From positions 96,001 through 160,000 of the forward strand of contig JBFWLW010000004.1 of assembly GCA_050251945.1 (NCBI GenBank): a stretch of 64,000 bases of DNA. Reading direction: 5' to 3'. This DNA comes from Deferribacterales bacterium. Lineage in GTDB: Bacteria; Chrysiogenota; Deferribacteres; Deferribacterales; Geovibrionaceae. Positions 48,471 to 58,237 of this stretch are shown piece by piece (the first letter of the stretch is position 1; every line of letters begins with the position of its first letter). The position numbers and the translations under genes were made by a program. The notes under the pieces were generated by a model, which saw nothing but the letters and a program-made list of their open reading frames with translations, did not search any database and was not told the origin of the DNA.

Positions 48471-50628
48471 TAAAACAGGTCATTCGCGTAAACTTGACGA
48501 TGCGGTACTTAATGCCGCATTCAGGCGTATGACAGGGGTTATGGACAGGCGAATTGTTGAAACAGAGCCTTCCGATGATCCTGTGTTTGTTGCCGCCGCA
48601 GAGGTTGCGGGGGAGATGGGTTTTTCAATTCCGAATCTGCCTTATGACACAAACTGTTCCAATGTGGAAAAGCTGAAACAGATAGCAAGAATCGGCGGGT
48701 TTAGAACCAGAAACGTTCTGTTGGAGGGTGAGTGGTGGAAATCTGACTGCGGCATTCTGTTCGCTTTCACCCAAAACGATGAACCGGTGAGCCTCTTAAA
48801 AAGGAAATCCGGTTCATATATAATGAAAAACACTGTAACCGGAGAGGTTTCTGCCGTTAACAGACAGGTTGCAGACACTCTGGATCCTCTTGCCGTAACA
48901 TTTTATAAACCGTTTCCATCCAAACCGCTTAAGTTCATGGATATTTACAGGATGACTGTCAAAGAGAACAGGAGCGACTTTTTGTCTATTGCTGTGATCG
49001 GCACGATAGGCGGTCTGATAGGTGTGGTCACTCCCATGGTTTCCGGGGTCATTTTTGACGACATAATTCCGTCGGCAGAGCGGAGCAGGCTTTTTGATTT
49101 TATTCTTATTCTGTTCTGTCTGGCGTTTGTCAATGCACTTTTCGGCATAACAAAGGGACTTTGTTCTGTAAGAATTCAGAGCAGAATCAACAACACTGTC
49201 CAGTCTGCCCTTTGGGACAGACTGCTTGCCCTGCCTGTTCCGTTTTTCAGAAGTTATACGTCAGGCGAGCTGGCGAGCAACAGTCTGGGAATAAACGGCA
49301 TAATACAGGCTCTTTCCGGCGTGACGATGAATGCCATTCTGTCGACTATCTTCTCAATATTCTACCTGTTTCTGCTTTTTTACTACAATGCGGGGATGGC
49401 GGTAATCGCGATACTGATGTCGCTTCTGACAGTGCTGATATCTGCCGGAATCGGTATGTATAAGGTGAAAAGGCAGGGAGAGAGCGTCATAGCTGATAAC
49501 AAATCAGCAGGTTTTCTGTTTCAGGTGATGTTTGGAATTTCAAAAATCAGAATCACGGGAGCATATAAACGTGCTTTCGGGAAATACAGTCTGTTGTTTA
49601 CAGAGAAAAAAACCGCAGATATCAGGATGGGCGGAGCGGAAAACATTGTTGTAACCATAAATGCGATGATACCCATCATAACCAGCATGGTTTTATACGG
49701 CTGGATGTCTGTGAAGGTTGAGAATGTCACTACCGGTCAGTTTATTGCTTTTCTTTCAGCGTTCAGCTCATTTCAGACCTCACTTTTGTCAATGACCGAA
49801 TCGGTCATGACCTCGCTGAAAGTTGTGCCGCTGTATAAAAACATGCAGCCAATAATAGAGACCATGCCTGAGTTTGATGAAGTGAAGGGAATTCCAGATG
49901 GAATCAGAGGCGGAATTTCTGTCAGTCAGGTGAGCTTCAGGTACAGTGCGGATTCGCCGCAGATACTTTCTGATGTGTCCATTGAGGCGAAACACGGTGA
50001 GTTTGTTGCCATTGTAGGCGGGTCTGGTTCCGGAAAATCCACGCTGCTGCGCCTTCTGCTTGGATTTGAAAAACCGGAATCGGGAACTGTTTTTTATGAT
50101 GACCATGATCTGGACACTCTGGATGTGCTTGAGGTACGCAGACAGCTCGGCGTTGTTTTGCAGAACGACGTGCTCATTCAGGGCAGCATTATGGAGAATA
50201 TTGTTGGTCAGTCGGGCAGGCTGACTATTAACGACGCATGGTATGCGGCGGAGATGGCGGGGATTGCGGAGGATATAAAACAGATGCCTATGGGAATGCA
50301 CACGATGATTCCTGCGGGAGGTTCCGGAATATCCGGCGGTCAGAAACAAAGACTTATCATCGCACGGGCACTGGTTAAGAAACCGGCTCTTTTGTTGTTT
50401 GACGAAGCCACAAGTGCGCTGGACAACAAAACACAGGCGGAAGTCAGCAGAAATATCGAAGCGTTGCAAGTCACAAGAATAGTAATAGCCCATCGCCTTT
50501 CTACGATCCGCAATGCTGACAGAATATATGTTTTGGAAAAGGGACGTATTGTTCAGTGTGGGACATTTGACGAACTTATGGCACGGGACGGGCTTTTCCT
50601 GAAACTATCAAGGAGACAGATCGCATGA
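48445..50628 (+). CDS. NHLM-type ABC exporter, second subunit without catalytic C39 motif
   Basis: RNVLLEGEWWKSDCG degenerate N-domain; GGSGSGKS, ISGGQKQR, FDEATSALD. Confidence 0.93.
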   Translation: MRNSSDHTDKTGHSRKLDDAVLNAAFRRMTGVMDRRIVETEPSDDPVFVAAAEVAGEMGFSIPNLPYDTNCSNVEKLKQIARIGGFRTRNVLLEGEWWKSDCGILFAFTQNDEPVSLLKRKSGSYIMKNTVTGEVSAVNRQVADTLDPLAVTFYKPFPSKPLKFMDIYRMTVKENRSDFLSIAVIGTIGGLIGVVTPMVSGVIFDDIIPSAERSRLFDFILILFCLAFVNALFGITKGLCSVRIQSRINNTVQSALWDRLLALPVPFFRSYTSGELASNSLGINGIIQALSGVTMNAILSTIFSIFYLFLLFYYNAGMAVIAILMSLLTVLISAGIGMYKVKRQGESVIADNKSAGFLFQVMFGISKIRITGAYKRAFGKYSLLFTEKKTADIRMGGAENIVVTINAMIPIITSMVLYGWMSVKVENVTTGQFIAFLSAFSSFQTSLLSMTESVMTSLKVVPLYKNMQPIIETMPEFDEVKGIPDGIRGGISVSQVSFRYSADSPQILSDVSIEAKHGEFVAIVGGSGSGKSTLLRLLLGFEKPESGTVFYDDHDLDTLDVLEVRRQLGVVLQNDVLIQGSIMENIVGQSGRLTINDAWYAAEMAGIAEDIKQMPMGMHTMIPAGGSGISGGQKQRLIIARALVKKPALLLFDEATSALDNKTQAEVSRNIEALQVTRIVIAHRLSTIRNADRIYVLEKGRIVQCGTFDELMARDGLFLKLSRRQIA

Positions 50629-51158
50629 AAAATGCGGAAGAATGCAGAAAACTTTTCGTAATGCGGACGGAGGATTTTGAGGAGCTTTACAGAGAGCTGT
50701 ATCCGTTTGTCCGCAGATATCTTTCATGGAGAGTGAGCGACGGCGAGACAGCCGACGATATGGCTCAGGAGATTTTTGCGAAGGTGTGGAAACACAGGCA
50801 GAGTTTTGAAGGGAAATGCTCTCTTAAAACATGGGTCATGAGAATAGCCGCTAACCACTTGAAAGATTACTACAAATCAAAAAGACCCGACATGACTGAC
50901 GATTCTCATTTGTCTGTCATTTGCTCGGATGATGACATAGAAACGGCATATCAGGCAAAATGTAAGCTCAGCGTGGTGCAGAGGATAATTAAATCCATGC
51001 CTCTGTCATATCGTGAGCCTTTTGTTCTCATCCGGTTTGATAACCTTTCATACAGGGAAGCTGCGGATGTTCTCAGCATCAGTGTGAGTCTGGTCAAAGT
51101 CCGTGTCCACAGGGCGCATATGATGCTGACGGATGCCATGAGGGGGGAAGAGATATGA
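50625..51158 (+). CDS. ECF RNA polymerase sigma factor
   Basis: ADDMAQEIFAKVW, LKTWVMRIAAN, LSYREAADVL...VKVRVHRA. Confidence 0.93.
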   Translation: MKNAEECRKLFVMRTEDFEELYRELYPFVRRYLSWRVSDGETADDMAQEIFAKVWKHRQSFEGKCSLKTWVMRIAANHLKDYYKSKRPDMTDDSHLSVICSDDDIETAYQAKCKLSVVQRIIKSMPLSYREPFVLIRFDNLSYREAADVLSISVSLVKVRVHRAHMMLTDAMRGEEI

Positions 51159-51454
51159 AATACGATATTACCCGTTTCAGAGAATCGGTTACGGATATGC
51201 TTGCCGGAGAGCTTTCGGAAAAGGACTCTGCGGGGCTTATTGCTGCAATGAAAAGGGACGTAACTTTTGCGCAGGAGTATCGTCTGATGAATAAAGCATG
51301 GGAAGATGTTGCGTCGGAAGAATACCAAACCCCGCCCATGTCGGACAGACTGGCACAATTTGTTTTCGGCGGTGAACTGACCGAAGATGATTTGGACATG
51401 GTTTCCGGAGGAATAGGACAGGATCCGCTTCCGGACGAAGATGACGACAAATAA
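51155..51454 (+). CDS. Soluble anti-sigma-like protein with C-terminal double-glycine leader motif
   Basis: Coupled to sigma (ATGA); N-terminal DMLAGELSEKD resembles an anti-sigma domain; ELTEDDLDMVSGG-IGQDPLPDEDDDK. Confidence 0.65.
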   Translation: MKYDITRFRESVTDMLAGELSEKDSAGLIAAMKRDVTFAQEYRLMNKAWEDVASEEYQTPPMSDRLAQFVFGGELTEDDLDMVSGGIGQDPLPDEDDDK

Positions 51455-51470
51455 GGATATGGGGTAAATT

Positions 51471-52034
51471 ATGAGTTCAGAAAGCTTTCAGAGTTTTATT
51501 CAGGCAATTTCCGGCGATGTGGAAGCTACAGCCAGATTTAAGGAATGTATATTAAAGGGGAGAGAGTCTGTCGTGGCTTATGCCCATGAACTTGGCTACG
51601 AAATAGACGCAGATGATCTTGAAATTCTTTATGAGAAGTTTAAGCAATCTGTTAAAGACGTTATTGAAACATCGGAAGCCGATGAAAGCGAAGGTATGAA
51701 AAACCTTAAGAGCTTTATGAGGTTTTCCGGCGGCAATGAAGATGTGAAAAGAAGACTTGCAGAACTTGGCTTCGGTGACCCTCAGGCAGTCGTAAATTAT
51801 GCGAAAGAGCTTGGGTATGAGTTTTCGGAGAAGGATCTGGATGAATTCAGCAAACAGCTTCTTGATAAGTCCGAAGAACTCAGCGATGAGGATTTGGAAA
51901 AGGTTGCAGGTGGATTCCTTTTATTAAGCCTCGCACTAACCGCTTTGGTAGGAGTAGTGTCGATGGCAATAGCGGCAGTTTCCGGAGCTGCTGTAGGAGC
52001 AGCAGTGGCAATAGCAGTGACATCAGCAAAATGA
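51471..52034 (+). CDS. RiPP precursor 1, tandem Nif11-like leader, aliphatic core
   Basis: ELSDEDLEKVAGG-FLLLSLALTALVGVVSMAIAAVSGAAVGAAVAIAVTSAK. Confidence 0.9.
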   Translation: MSSESFQSFIQAISGDVEATARFKECILKGRESVVAYAHELGYEIDADDLEILYEKFKQSVKDVIETSEADESEGMKNLKSFMRFSGGNEDVKRRLAELGFGDPQAVVNYAKELGYEFSEKDLDEFSKQLLDKSEELSDEDLEKVAGGFLLLSLALTALVGVVSMAIAAVSGAAVGAAVAIAVTSAK

Positions 52035-52080
52035 TTCTCATAACACTAGCTTTTTTAACAACAAATATAAGAGGTAAATT

Positions 52081-52635
52081 ATGAGTTCAGAAAGTTTTCA
52101 GAGTTTTATTCAGGCAATTTCCGGCGATGCGGGAGCTACAGCCAGATTTAAGGAATGCTTAATAAAGGGTAAAGAGTTTGTTGTGGCTTATGCCCATGAA
52201 CTTGGCTACGAAATAGACGCAGATGATCTTGAAGTTCTTTATGAGAAGTTTAAGCAATCTGTTAAAGACGTTATTGAAACATCGGAAGCCGATGAAAGCG
52301 AAGGGATGAAAAACCTTAAGAACTTTATGAGGTTTTCCGGCAGCAATGAAGATGTGAAAAGAAAACTTGCAGAACTTGGCTTCGGTGACCCTCAGGCAGT
52401 CGTAAGTTATGCGAAAGAGCTTGGGTATGAGTTTTCGGAGAAGGATCTGGATGAATTCAGCAAGCAGCTTCTTGATAAGTCCGAAGAACTCAGCGATGAG
52501 GATTTGGAAAAGGTTGCAGGTGGATTTACGTTAGTTGCAGCACTGTTAGTAGCAGCCGCATTAGCGGCGGTTATAGCGTTGGGAGCTGTCGGAGTCGGAG
52601 GAGCTGTCGCAGTGGCATCTGTGGATTCATTCTGA
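52081..52635 (+). CDS. RiPP precursor 2, tandem Nif11-like leader, aliphatic core
   Basis: ELSDEDLEKVAGG-FTLVAALLVAAALAAVIALGAVGVGGAVAVASVDSF. Confidence 0.9.
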   Translation: MSSESFQSFIQAISGDAGATARFKECLIKGKEFVVAYAHELGYEIDADDLEVLYEKFKQSVKDVIETSEADESEGMKNLKNFMRFSGSNEDVKRKLAELGFGDPQAVVSYAKELGYEFSEKDLDEFSKQLLDKSEELSDEDLEKVAGGFTLVAALLVAAALAAVIALGAVGVGGAVAVASVDSF

Positions 52636-52672
52636 TGATGCAGGTCGGATGCAGATTGCAGGTGGGGAGCAT

Positions 52673-54139
52673 ATGAGAAACATGGATTACTTATCATCTT
52701 TTTCGCAAGAAGAAGTGAGAATATTAGCACAACTCAAAAGAGTTTTTGAATGTACAGATGGCGACCCGGATATCCGGGAAGTTGTTTCTGGTAAAGCAGT
52801 TACTGATAAAGCTGTTGAAAGGTTTAAGCAGATAGGCGTATCTCTGGATATGAAGGATATCGCTTTTATCTGGGAGATACCTTATGAGTGCACCCTTTAT
52901 ATTACAGCTCTTTTGTTAAAAGATAAAATTACTCTGCCGGATGGTGTTGCTGAAAAAGCGGAAAACTACCCTTTGCTTAAGCTTTGGAGAAGATATGTTG
53001 AGGTTGCGATGCAATCCGTGTGCAGCTGTCAGCCGTCAGAAAATATTGTGACAACAAACAGCGCACTGAACAACTGGAGAAAAAGGAGAATTGCGGCTGC
53101 AAAAAGCGAATTGGGGCATTTTGGCAACGTGATAAGCCACCCTCTGTATGCCTTTGAGTTGAGTTCAGGATGCGGTGTGGGGTGCTGGTTTTGTTCCTTT
53201 GCTACAGATAAACTGAAAGATGTTCTGGATTATGAGACAAACAAAGATTATTTCGCAGCTGTAATCGGCAGATGTGTCGAACTGTTCGGGAAACAGGGTG
53301 CAGGCTCGGCACTGCCGTACTACAGGACGGAACCGCATGATAACCCTCATTATATCGATTATCTGAAAGATTTTGAAGAGATAACGGGCTCGGTTTTATG
53401 CACTTCGACAGCCGTTGGAAACGATAAGGATTGGGTTAAGGCTTTGCTGGCATATTATGGTGACAAAAGTCCATGGCCAAGACTCAGTGTTCTGTCTGTT
53501 GGTATGCTTAAAACCATTTATGAGAATTTTACGCCTGAAGAGCTTATACATCGACAGCTTTTAATGCAGATGAAAGAGAATTTACGCCCGAAAGTATCCG
53601 GAGGACGGATTCTGGAGGAGAAAAGCGGCATCAGGGATATTTCACCGGATGCTGATATAAAGCAAACTATTGTTCCTCAGGGTTCAATAGCCTGCGCATC
53701 AGGTTTTCTGATCAACCTTGTCAGACGCACGATAGATGTTTTCAGTCCTTGCTACACGTCAGCAAAATGGCCTTACGGATACAGAGTTTTTGACAGTGCC
53801 GTTTATGAGGACGAAAACGATTTTCCTATTGTAATTCAGAAGCTTATCAACAAAAACATGCATATGTCTCCGCCGATGGACAAGCCTTTGCGATTTCGTG
53901 ATGACATGGTTTATAAAAAGACTGATGCCGGATTTGATCTTGTTACGCCGAACCAGATTCACCATTTCAGGCTGAAAGACAAATGCGGTCCCGTTGGTGA
54001 ACTGATAAATTCCGGCAATATGACCAATGCTGAAATTCAGAGAAAATTAATTGATGAACACGGTATTAATCCGTTTGTGGTTGGAGCTTCCATACAGAAG
54101 CTGTTTGACGACGGCATGATTGATGAGGTTTACAGTTAA
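52673..54139 (+). CDS. Radical SAM peptide epimerase (PoyD/OspD-like)
   Basis: FELSSGCGVGCWFC, WRKRRI, TEPHDNPHY, SIACASGFLINL...SPC motifs. Confidence 0.85.
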   Translation: MRNMDYLSSFSQEEVRILAQLKRVFECTDGDPDIREVVSGKAVTDKAVERFKQIGVSLDMKDIAFIWEIPYECTLYITALLLKDKITLPDGVAEKAENYPLLKLWRRYVEVAMQSVCSCQPSENIVTTNSALNNWRKRRIAAAKSELGHFGNVISHPLYAFELSSGCGVGCWFCSFATDKLKDVLDYETNKDYFAAVIGRCVELFGKQGAGSALPYYRTEPHDNPHYIDYLKDFEEITGSVLCTSTAVGNDKDWVKALLAYYGDKSPWPRLSVLSVGMLKTIYENFTPEELIHRQLLMQMKENLRPKVSGGRILEEKSGIRDISPDADIKQTIVPQGSIACASGFLINLVRRTIDVFSPCYTSAKWPYGYRVFDSAVYEDENDFPIVIQKLINKNMHMSPPMDKPLRFRDDMVYKKTDAGFDLVTPNQIHHFRLKDKCGPVGELINSGNMTNAEIQRKLIDEHGINPFVVGASIQKLFDDGMIDEVYS

Positions 54140-54169
54140 TATATCAAAATGTGTCTACGGAGGCAGCGG

Positions 54170-54511
54170 ATGTCAGTTGAAAAAGTTAAAGAGTTTTTCA
54201 AGCGTCTGGAAGATGACGAGGCATTCAGGGATGATTTCCTGAAAGACGAAAAACTTGAAAAAGGCAACTATGAAGCAATCTGCAAGGCAGCCTCTGCGAA
54301 GGGCTATGAGTTCACCGCCGAAGACTTTAATGTGGCAAAAGAGGAAATGAAAAAAACAGAACTCACCTCCGACCAGCTCGAAAAAATAGCAGGTGGAGCA
54401 GGTTTAGGCATATGTTTTGTCGGCGGATACGGATCCTGGTATTCGAGTGAGAGCGGATATCACGAAGGCAGCTCCTATGGCTTTTGCCTGATATTCGGCT
54501 TTAATTTTTAA
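54170..54511 (+). CDS. Nif11-leader precursor 3
   Basis: GG-AGLGICFVGGYGSWYSSESGYHEGSSYGFCLIFGFNF. Confidence 0.9.
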   Translation: MSVEKVKEFFKRLEDDEAFRDDFLKDEKLEKGNYEAICKAASAKGYEFTAEDFNVAKEEMKKTELTSDQLEKIAGGAGLGICFVGGYGSWYSSESGYHEGSSYGFCLIFGFNF

Positions 54512-54532
54512 TAATTTCGACAGGAGGAAGTC

Positions 54533-54886
54533 ATGTCAGTTGAAAAAGTTAAAGAATTTTTTAAACGCCTGGAAGATGACGAGGCATTCAGGGATGATTT
54601 CCTGAAAGACGAAAAACTTGAAAAAGGCAACTATAAAGCAATTTGCAAGGCAGCCTCTACGAAGGGCTATGAGTTCACCGCCGAAGACTTTAAGGCGGCG
54701 AAGGAAGAGATGAAAGATACGGAGCTTACTCATGAACAGCTCGAGAAGGTCAGCGGAGGGGTCAGCATTTGTATATCTATCGGAGAAAGTCTTACCTGTT
54801 CATCTATATCCACGTATTATCAAACTTGTGCGCATCAGGCATATTCGGAAATGGTGAGCGGTTGTTCAGCTCCTGCGCTCGCATAA
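54533..54886 (+). CDS. Nif11-leader precursor 4
   Basis: GG-VSICISIGESLTCSSISTYYQTCAHQAYSEMVSGCSAPALA. Confidence 0.9.
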   Translation: MSVEKVKEFFKRLEDDEAFRDDFLKDEKLEKGNYKAICKAASTKGYEFTAEDFKAAKEEMKDTELTHEQLEKVSGGVSICISIGESLTCSSISTYYQTCAHQAYSEMVSGCSAPALA

Positions 54887-54962
54887 AGCATACATGTAAA
54901 TAATGACTGGCAAAAAGTAACAGCTTTGAAGGATGCAATTGTGAAGACACTGGAGGCATATT

Positions 54963-55322
54963 ATGTCAGTTGAAAAAGTAAAAGAGTTTTTCAAACGTCT
55001 GGAAGATGACGAGGCATTCAGGGATGATTTCCTGAAAGATGAAACACTTGAAAAAGACAACTATGAAGCAATCTGCAAGGCAGCCTTTGTGAAGGGTTAT
55101 GAGTTCACCCTTGAAGACTTTAAGGCGGCAAAGGAAGAGATGAAAGATATTGAGCTTACTCATGATCAGCTTGATAAGGTCAGCGGAGGAATACCGGGCG
55201 ACCTCCTGTGTGCAGTTCCTCCAATTGGTGGCTGTTCATCTGCAGCCACGTATTATAGTACGTGTGAGCATCAGGCATGGGCGGAAATAAATAGCGGTTG
55301 TTCAGCTCCTGCGCTCGCATAA
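54963..55322 (+). CDS. Nif11-leader precursor 5
   Basis: GG-IPGDLLCAVPPIGGCSSAATYYSTCEHQAWAEINSGCSAPALA. Confidence 0.9.
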   Translation: MSVEKVKEFFKRLEDDEAFRDDFLKDETLEKDNYEAICKAAFVKGYEFTLEDFKAAKEEMKDIELTHDQLDKVSGGIPGDLLCAVPPIGGCSSAATYYSTCEHQAWAEINSGCSAPALA

Positions 55323-55398
55323 AGCATACATGTAAATAATGACTGGCAAAAAGTAACAGCTTTGAAGGATGCAATTGTGAAGATACTGGAGGCATATT

Positions 55399-55758
55399 AT
55401 GTCAGTTGAAAAAGTTAAAGAGTTTTTCAAACGTCTGGAAGATGACGAGGCATTCAGGGATGATTTCCTGAAAGATGAAACACTTGAAAAAGACAACTAT
55501 GAAGCAATCTGCAAGGCAGCCTTTGTGAAGGGTTATGAGTTCACCCTTGAAGACTTTAAGGCGGCAAAGGAAGAGATGAAAGATATTGAGCTTACTCATG
55601 ATCAGCTTGATAAGGTCAGCGGAGGAATACCGGGCGACCTCCTGTGTGCAGTTCCTCCAATTGGTGGCTGTTCATCTGCAGCCACGTATTATAGTACGTG
55701 TGAGCATCAGGCATGGGCGGAAATAAATAGCGGTTGTTCAGCTCCTGCGCTCGCATAA
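55399..55758 (+). CDS. Nif11-leader precursor 6 (protein identical to 5)
   Basis: Identical translation to 54963-55322. Confidence 0.9.
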   Translation: MSVEKVKEFFKRLEDDEAFRDDFLKDETLEKDNYEAICKAAFVKGYEFTLEDFKAAKEEMKDIELTHDQLDKVSGGIPGDLLCAVPPIGGCSSAATYYSTCEHQAWAEINSGCSAPALA

Positions 55759-55834
55759 AGCATACATGTAAATAATGACTGGCAAAAAGTAACAGCTTTG
55801 AAGGATGCAATTGTGAAGATACTGGAGGCATATT

Positions 55835-56143
55835 ATGTCAGTTGAAAAAGTTAAAGAGTTTTTCAAACGTCTGGAAGATGACGAGGCATTCAGGGATGAT
55901 TTCCTGAAAGATGAAACACTTGAAAAAGACAACTATGAAGCAATCTGCAAGGCAGCCTTTGTGAAGGGTTATGAGTTCACCCTTGAAGACTTTAAGGCGG
56001 CAAAGGAAGAGATGAAAGATATTGAGCTCAATGAAAACCAGCTCGCAGGCATAAGCGGCGGTGTAAGTGCCGATTCTAATAAGCCTGTGTCTTATTGTCA
56101 ACCATTTGGTATCGGCGGATACAGCATATATATTCCTGAATAA
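55835..56143 (+). CDS. Nif11-leader precursor 7
   Basis: GG-VSADSNKPVSYCQPFGIGGYSIYIPE. Confidence 0.88.
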   Translation: MSVEKVKEFFKRLEDDEAFRDDFLKDETLEKDNYEAICKAAFVKGYEFTLEDFKAAKEEMKDIELNENQLAGISGGVSADSNKPVSYCQPFGIGGYSIYIPE

Positions 56144-56177
56144 GTGTTTTAACCATCTGATAAAAGGAGCGGTGATA

Positions 56178-57536
56178 ATGGCAAAATATGCGGTTTTGAA
56201 TAAAGACTGGGCTTTGCGCGGCTGGACGACACTTGAAAAAGCGGCAGTTAATACCGTAAGCGGGCGTGTTGTTCCTCTTGTAAACAGGGCGGACTATGTT
56301 TTAAGGTCGTGTGACGGTAAAACGGATTTTGAAATGCCTATTTTTCTGGATACGCATCTTGAAATTCTCAACATCCTCGAAAAACAAAAGATTGTAACGA
56401 TTATGGATACCGAATCTTCAATTCAGCCGTACCAAAAGTTCAGAAAGGCTGAATGCCCGTATGTAATGAATGTGCATTGGGCGATAACCGGCAGGTGTAA
56501 TCTGAAATGTATGCATTGTTTCATGGAGTCACCGTCAATAAGGTCGGATAATCCGACATTTAAACAGATTGAGACGACAGTAAAAAGTTTCATCGAGGCT
56601 AATGTGCCTGCCGTGAGTCTGACAGGCGGTGAGCCGCTGATTAGAAAAGACCTTTTTGACATAATTGCTTTGCTGAACAGCGAACATATTGCAGTCAGAC
56701 AGATTTATACCAACGGAATACTTATTACAGAAGAGATTCTTAAAAAATTTGAGGCATTGCCTTTTAAAGTTCAGTTTAATGTCAGCTTTGACGGTGTCGG
56801 CTGGCACGACAGAATGCGTGGACTGAAAGGAACAGAAGAAAAGACTCTGCGAGCCATACGGATGATCAAAGAGGCGGGGCATGAGCTTTGCGTTGCAACA
56901 ACTATTGACAGATTGAGTGTCGTAAGTCTGTTTGAAACATATGAGACGATGAAACAGTATGGTGTGGGAGTGTGGCGGATAATGACTGCGGAGGATAGCG
57001 GAAACTGGCACGAACACAGAGACCTTTCGCTCACGTTAGACGAGGAACTGAAAGCATATTCGCCATTGTTTAAAAGATGGCATGAAGACGGGCACCCGAT
57101 GGTGGTTCAGTTCGGGTATCTTTTTGACGGACGGAAAGAGGGTTTCGAAGAATTTAAACCTCCGGTAACCATTAAACACGACGCAAAAAGCAAAGCATGT
57201 TCAACATGTGCATATTCCACATATCTTGGTCCGGAAGGAAAACTGCTCCCGTGCCATATTTATACCGGAACTGAACTTGAAAAACAGCTTCCAAGTATTT
57301 ATGAGGTCGGTTTTGCGGGAGCATACAATAACGAACTTCTGCGCAGCATCAATGATATGACAATCGGAGACCTGTTCGGAGAAAATCCGGAATGCGAAGG
57401 ATGTGCTCATCTCGAACGCTGCGGAATAGGCTGTCGGGCGAAAGCGTATTCAGACTACGGCAAGGTTACTGCCAAAGACGGGCAGATGTGTGCTGTAATG
57501 CTCAACAAATATACCGAGAGAATGCAGGAAATATAG
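56178..57536 (+). CDS. Radical SAM/SPASM peptide maturase with probable N-terminal RRE
   Basis: CNLKCMHC, LTGGEP, SPASM Cys set (CSTC, LLPC, CEGC, C-GIG-C, QMC); AAGGAG RBS before ATG 56178. Confidence 0.9.
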   Translation: MAKYAVLNKDWALRGWTTLEKAAVNTVSGRVVPLVNRADYVLRSCDGKTDFEMPIFLDTHLEILNILEKQKIVTIMDTESSIQPYQKFRKAECPYVMNVHWAITGRCNLKCMHCFMESPSIRSDNPTFKQIETTVKSFIEANVPAVSLTGGEPLIRKDLFDIIALLNSEHIAVRQIYTNGILITEEILKKFEALPFKVQFNVSFDGVGWHDRMRGLKGTEEKTLRAIRMIKEAGHELCVATTIDRLSVVSLFETYETMKQYGVGVWRIMTAEDSGNWHEHRDLSLTLDEELKAYSPLFKRWHEDGHPMVVQFGYLFDGRKEGFEEFKPPVTIKHDAKSKACSTCAYSTYLGPEGKLLPCHIYTGTELEKQLPSIYEVGFAGAYNNELLRSINDMTIGDLFGENPECEGCAHLERCGIGCRAKAYSDYGKVTAKDGQMCAVMLNKYTERMQEI

Positions 57537-57545
57537 GGGAATATT

Positions 57546-57824
57546 ATGTCAGCTGAAAAAGTTAAAGAGTTTTTCAAACGTCTGGAAGATGACGAGGCAT
57601 TCAGAGATGATTTCCTGAAAGACGAAACACTTGAAAAGGAGAACACCGAAGCGGTTTGCAAGGCAGCTGCTGCAAGAGGTTATGAGTTTTCTGCCGGTGA
57701 CTTTAAAGCGGCAAAGGAAGAGATGAAAGATATTGAGCTTAGTCATGATCAGCTTGAGAAAGTCAGCGGAGGAGGGGATGTTTATAATGACTCTGATAAT
57801 TGTATGGTTGCGATGAAGTCCTGA
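57546..57824 (+). CDS. Nif11-leader precursor 8
   Basis: GG-GDVYNDSDNCMVAMKS. Confidence 0.88.
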   Translation: MSAEKVKEFFKRLEDDEAFRDDFLKDETLEKENTEAVCKAAAARGYEFSAGDFKAAKEEMKDIELSHDQLEKVSGGGDVYNDSDNCMVAMKS

Positions 57825-57873
57825 AATACAAAATTTTTGAGAAAGGCAATTGTGAAAAACAGGAGGACATACC

Positions 57874-58221
57874 ATGTCAGTTGAAAAAGTTAAAGAATTT
57901 TTCAAACGTCTGGAAGATGACGAGGCATTCAGGGATGATTTCCTGAAAGACGAAACACTTGAAAAAAGCAACACCGAAACAATCTTCAGCGCTGCCGCTG
58001 CAAGAGGCTACAAATTTTCTGCCGATGATCTTAAAGCTGCTAAAGAAGAGATGAAAGATACGGAGCTTACTAATGATCAGCTTGATAAGGTCAGCGGAGG
58101 GGTTGGGCTTGGCATATGTTTTGTGTATGGCATTGGTTTGTTTGGTGTTTCAGACGGAGAAAACAATGCCGTAATTGAGGGAGTTACAGCTGGTGTCTGT
58201 TTTGGTGTCGGATTTAATTAA
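57874..58221 (+). CDS. Nif11-leader precursor 9
   Basis: GG-VGLGICFVYGIGLFGVSDGENNAVIEGVTAGVCFGVGFN. Confidence 0.9.
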   Translation: MSVEKVKEFFKRLEDDEAFRDDFLKDETLEKSNTETIFSAAAARGYKFSADDLKAAKEEMKDTELTNDQLDKVSGGVGLGICFVYGIGLFGVSDGENNAVIEGVTAGVCFGVGFN

Positions 58222-58237
58222 GGTCAAGGAAAGTTTT

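Larger units (their letters stand above)
54857..56028 (+). repeat. 436-bp tandem repeat, about 2.7 near-identical copies
   Basis: Starts 54963, 55399 and 55835 are 436 bp apart with near-identical sequence. Confidence 0.92.
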
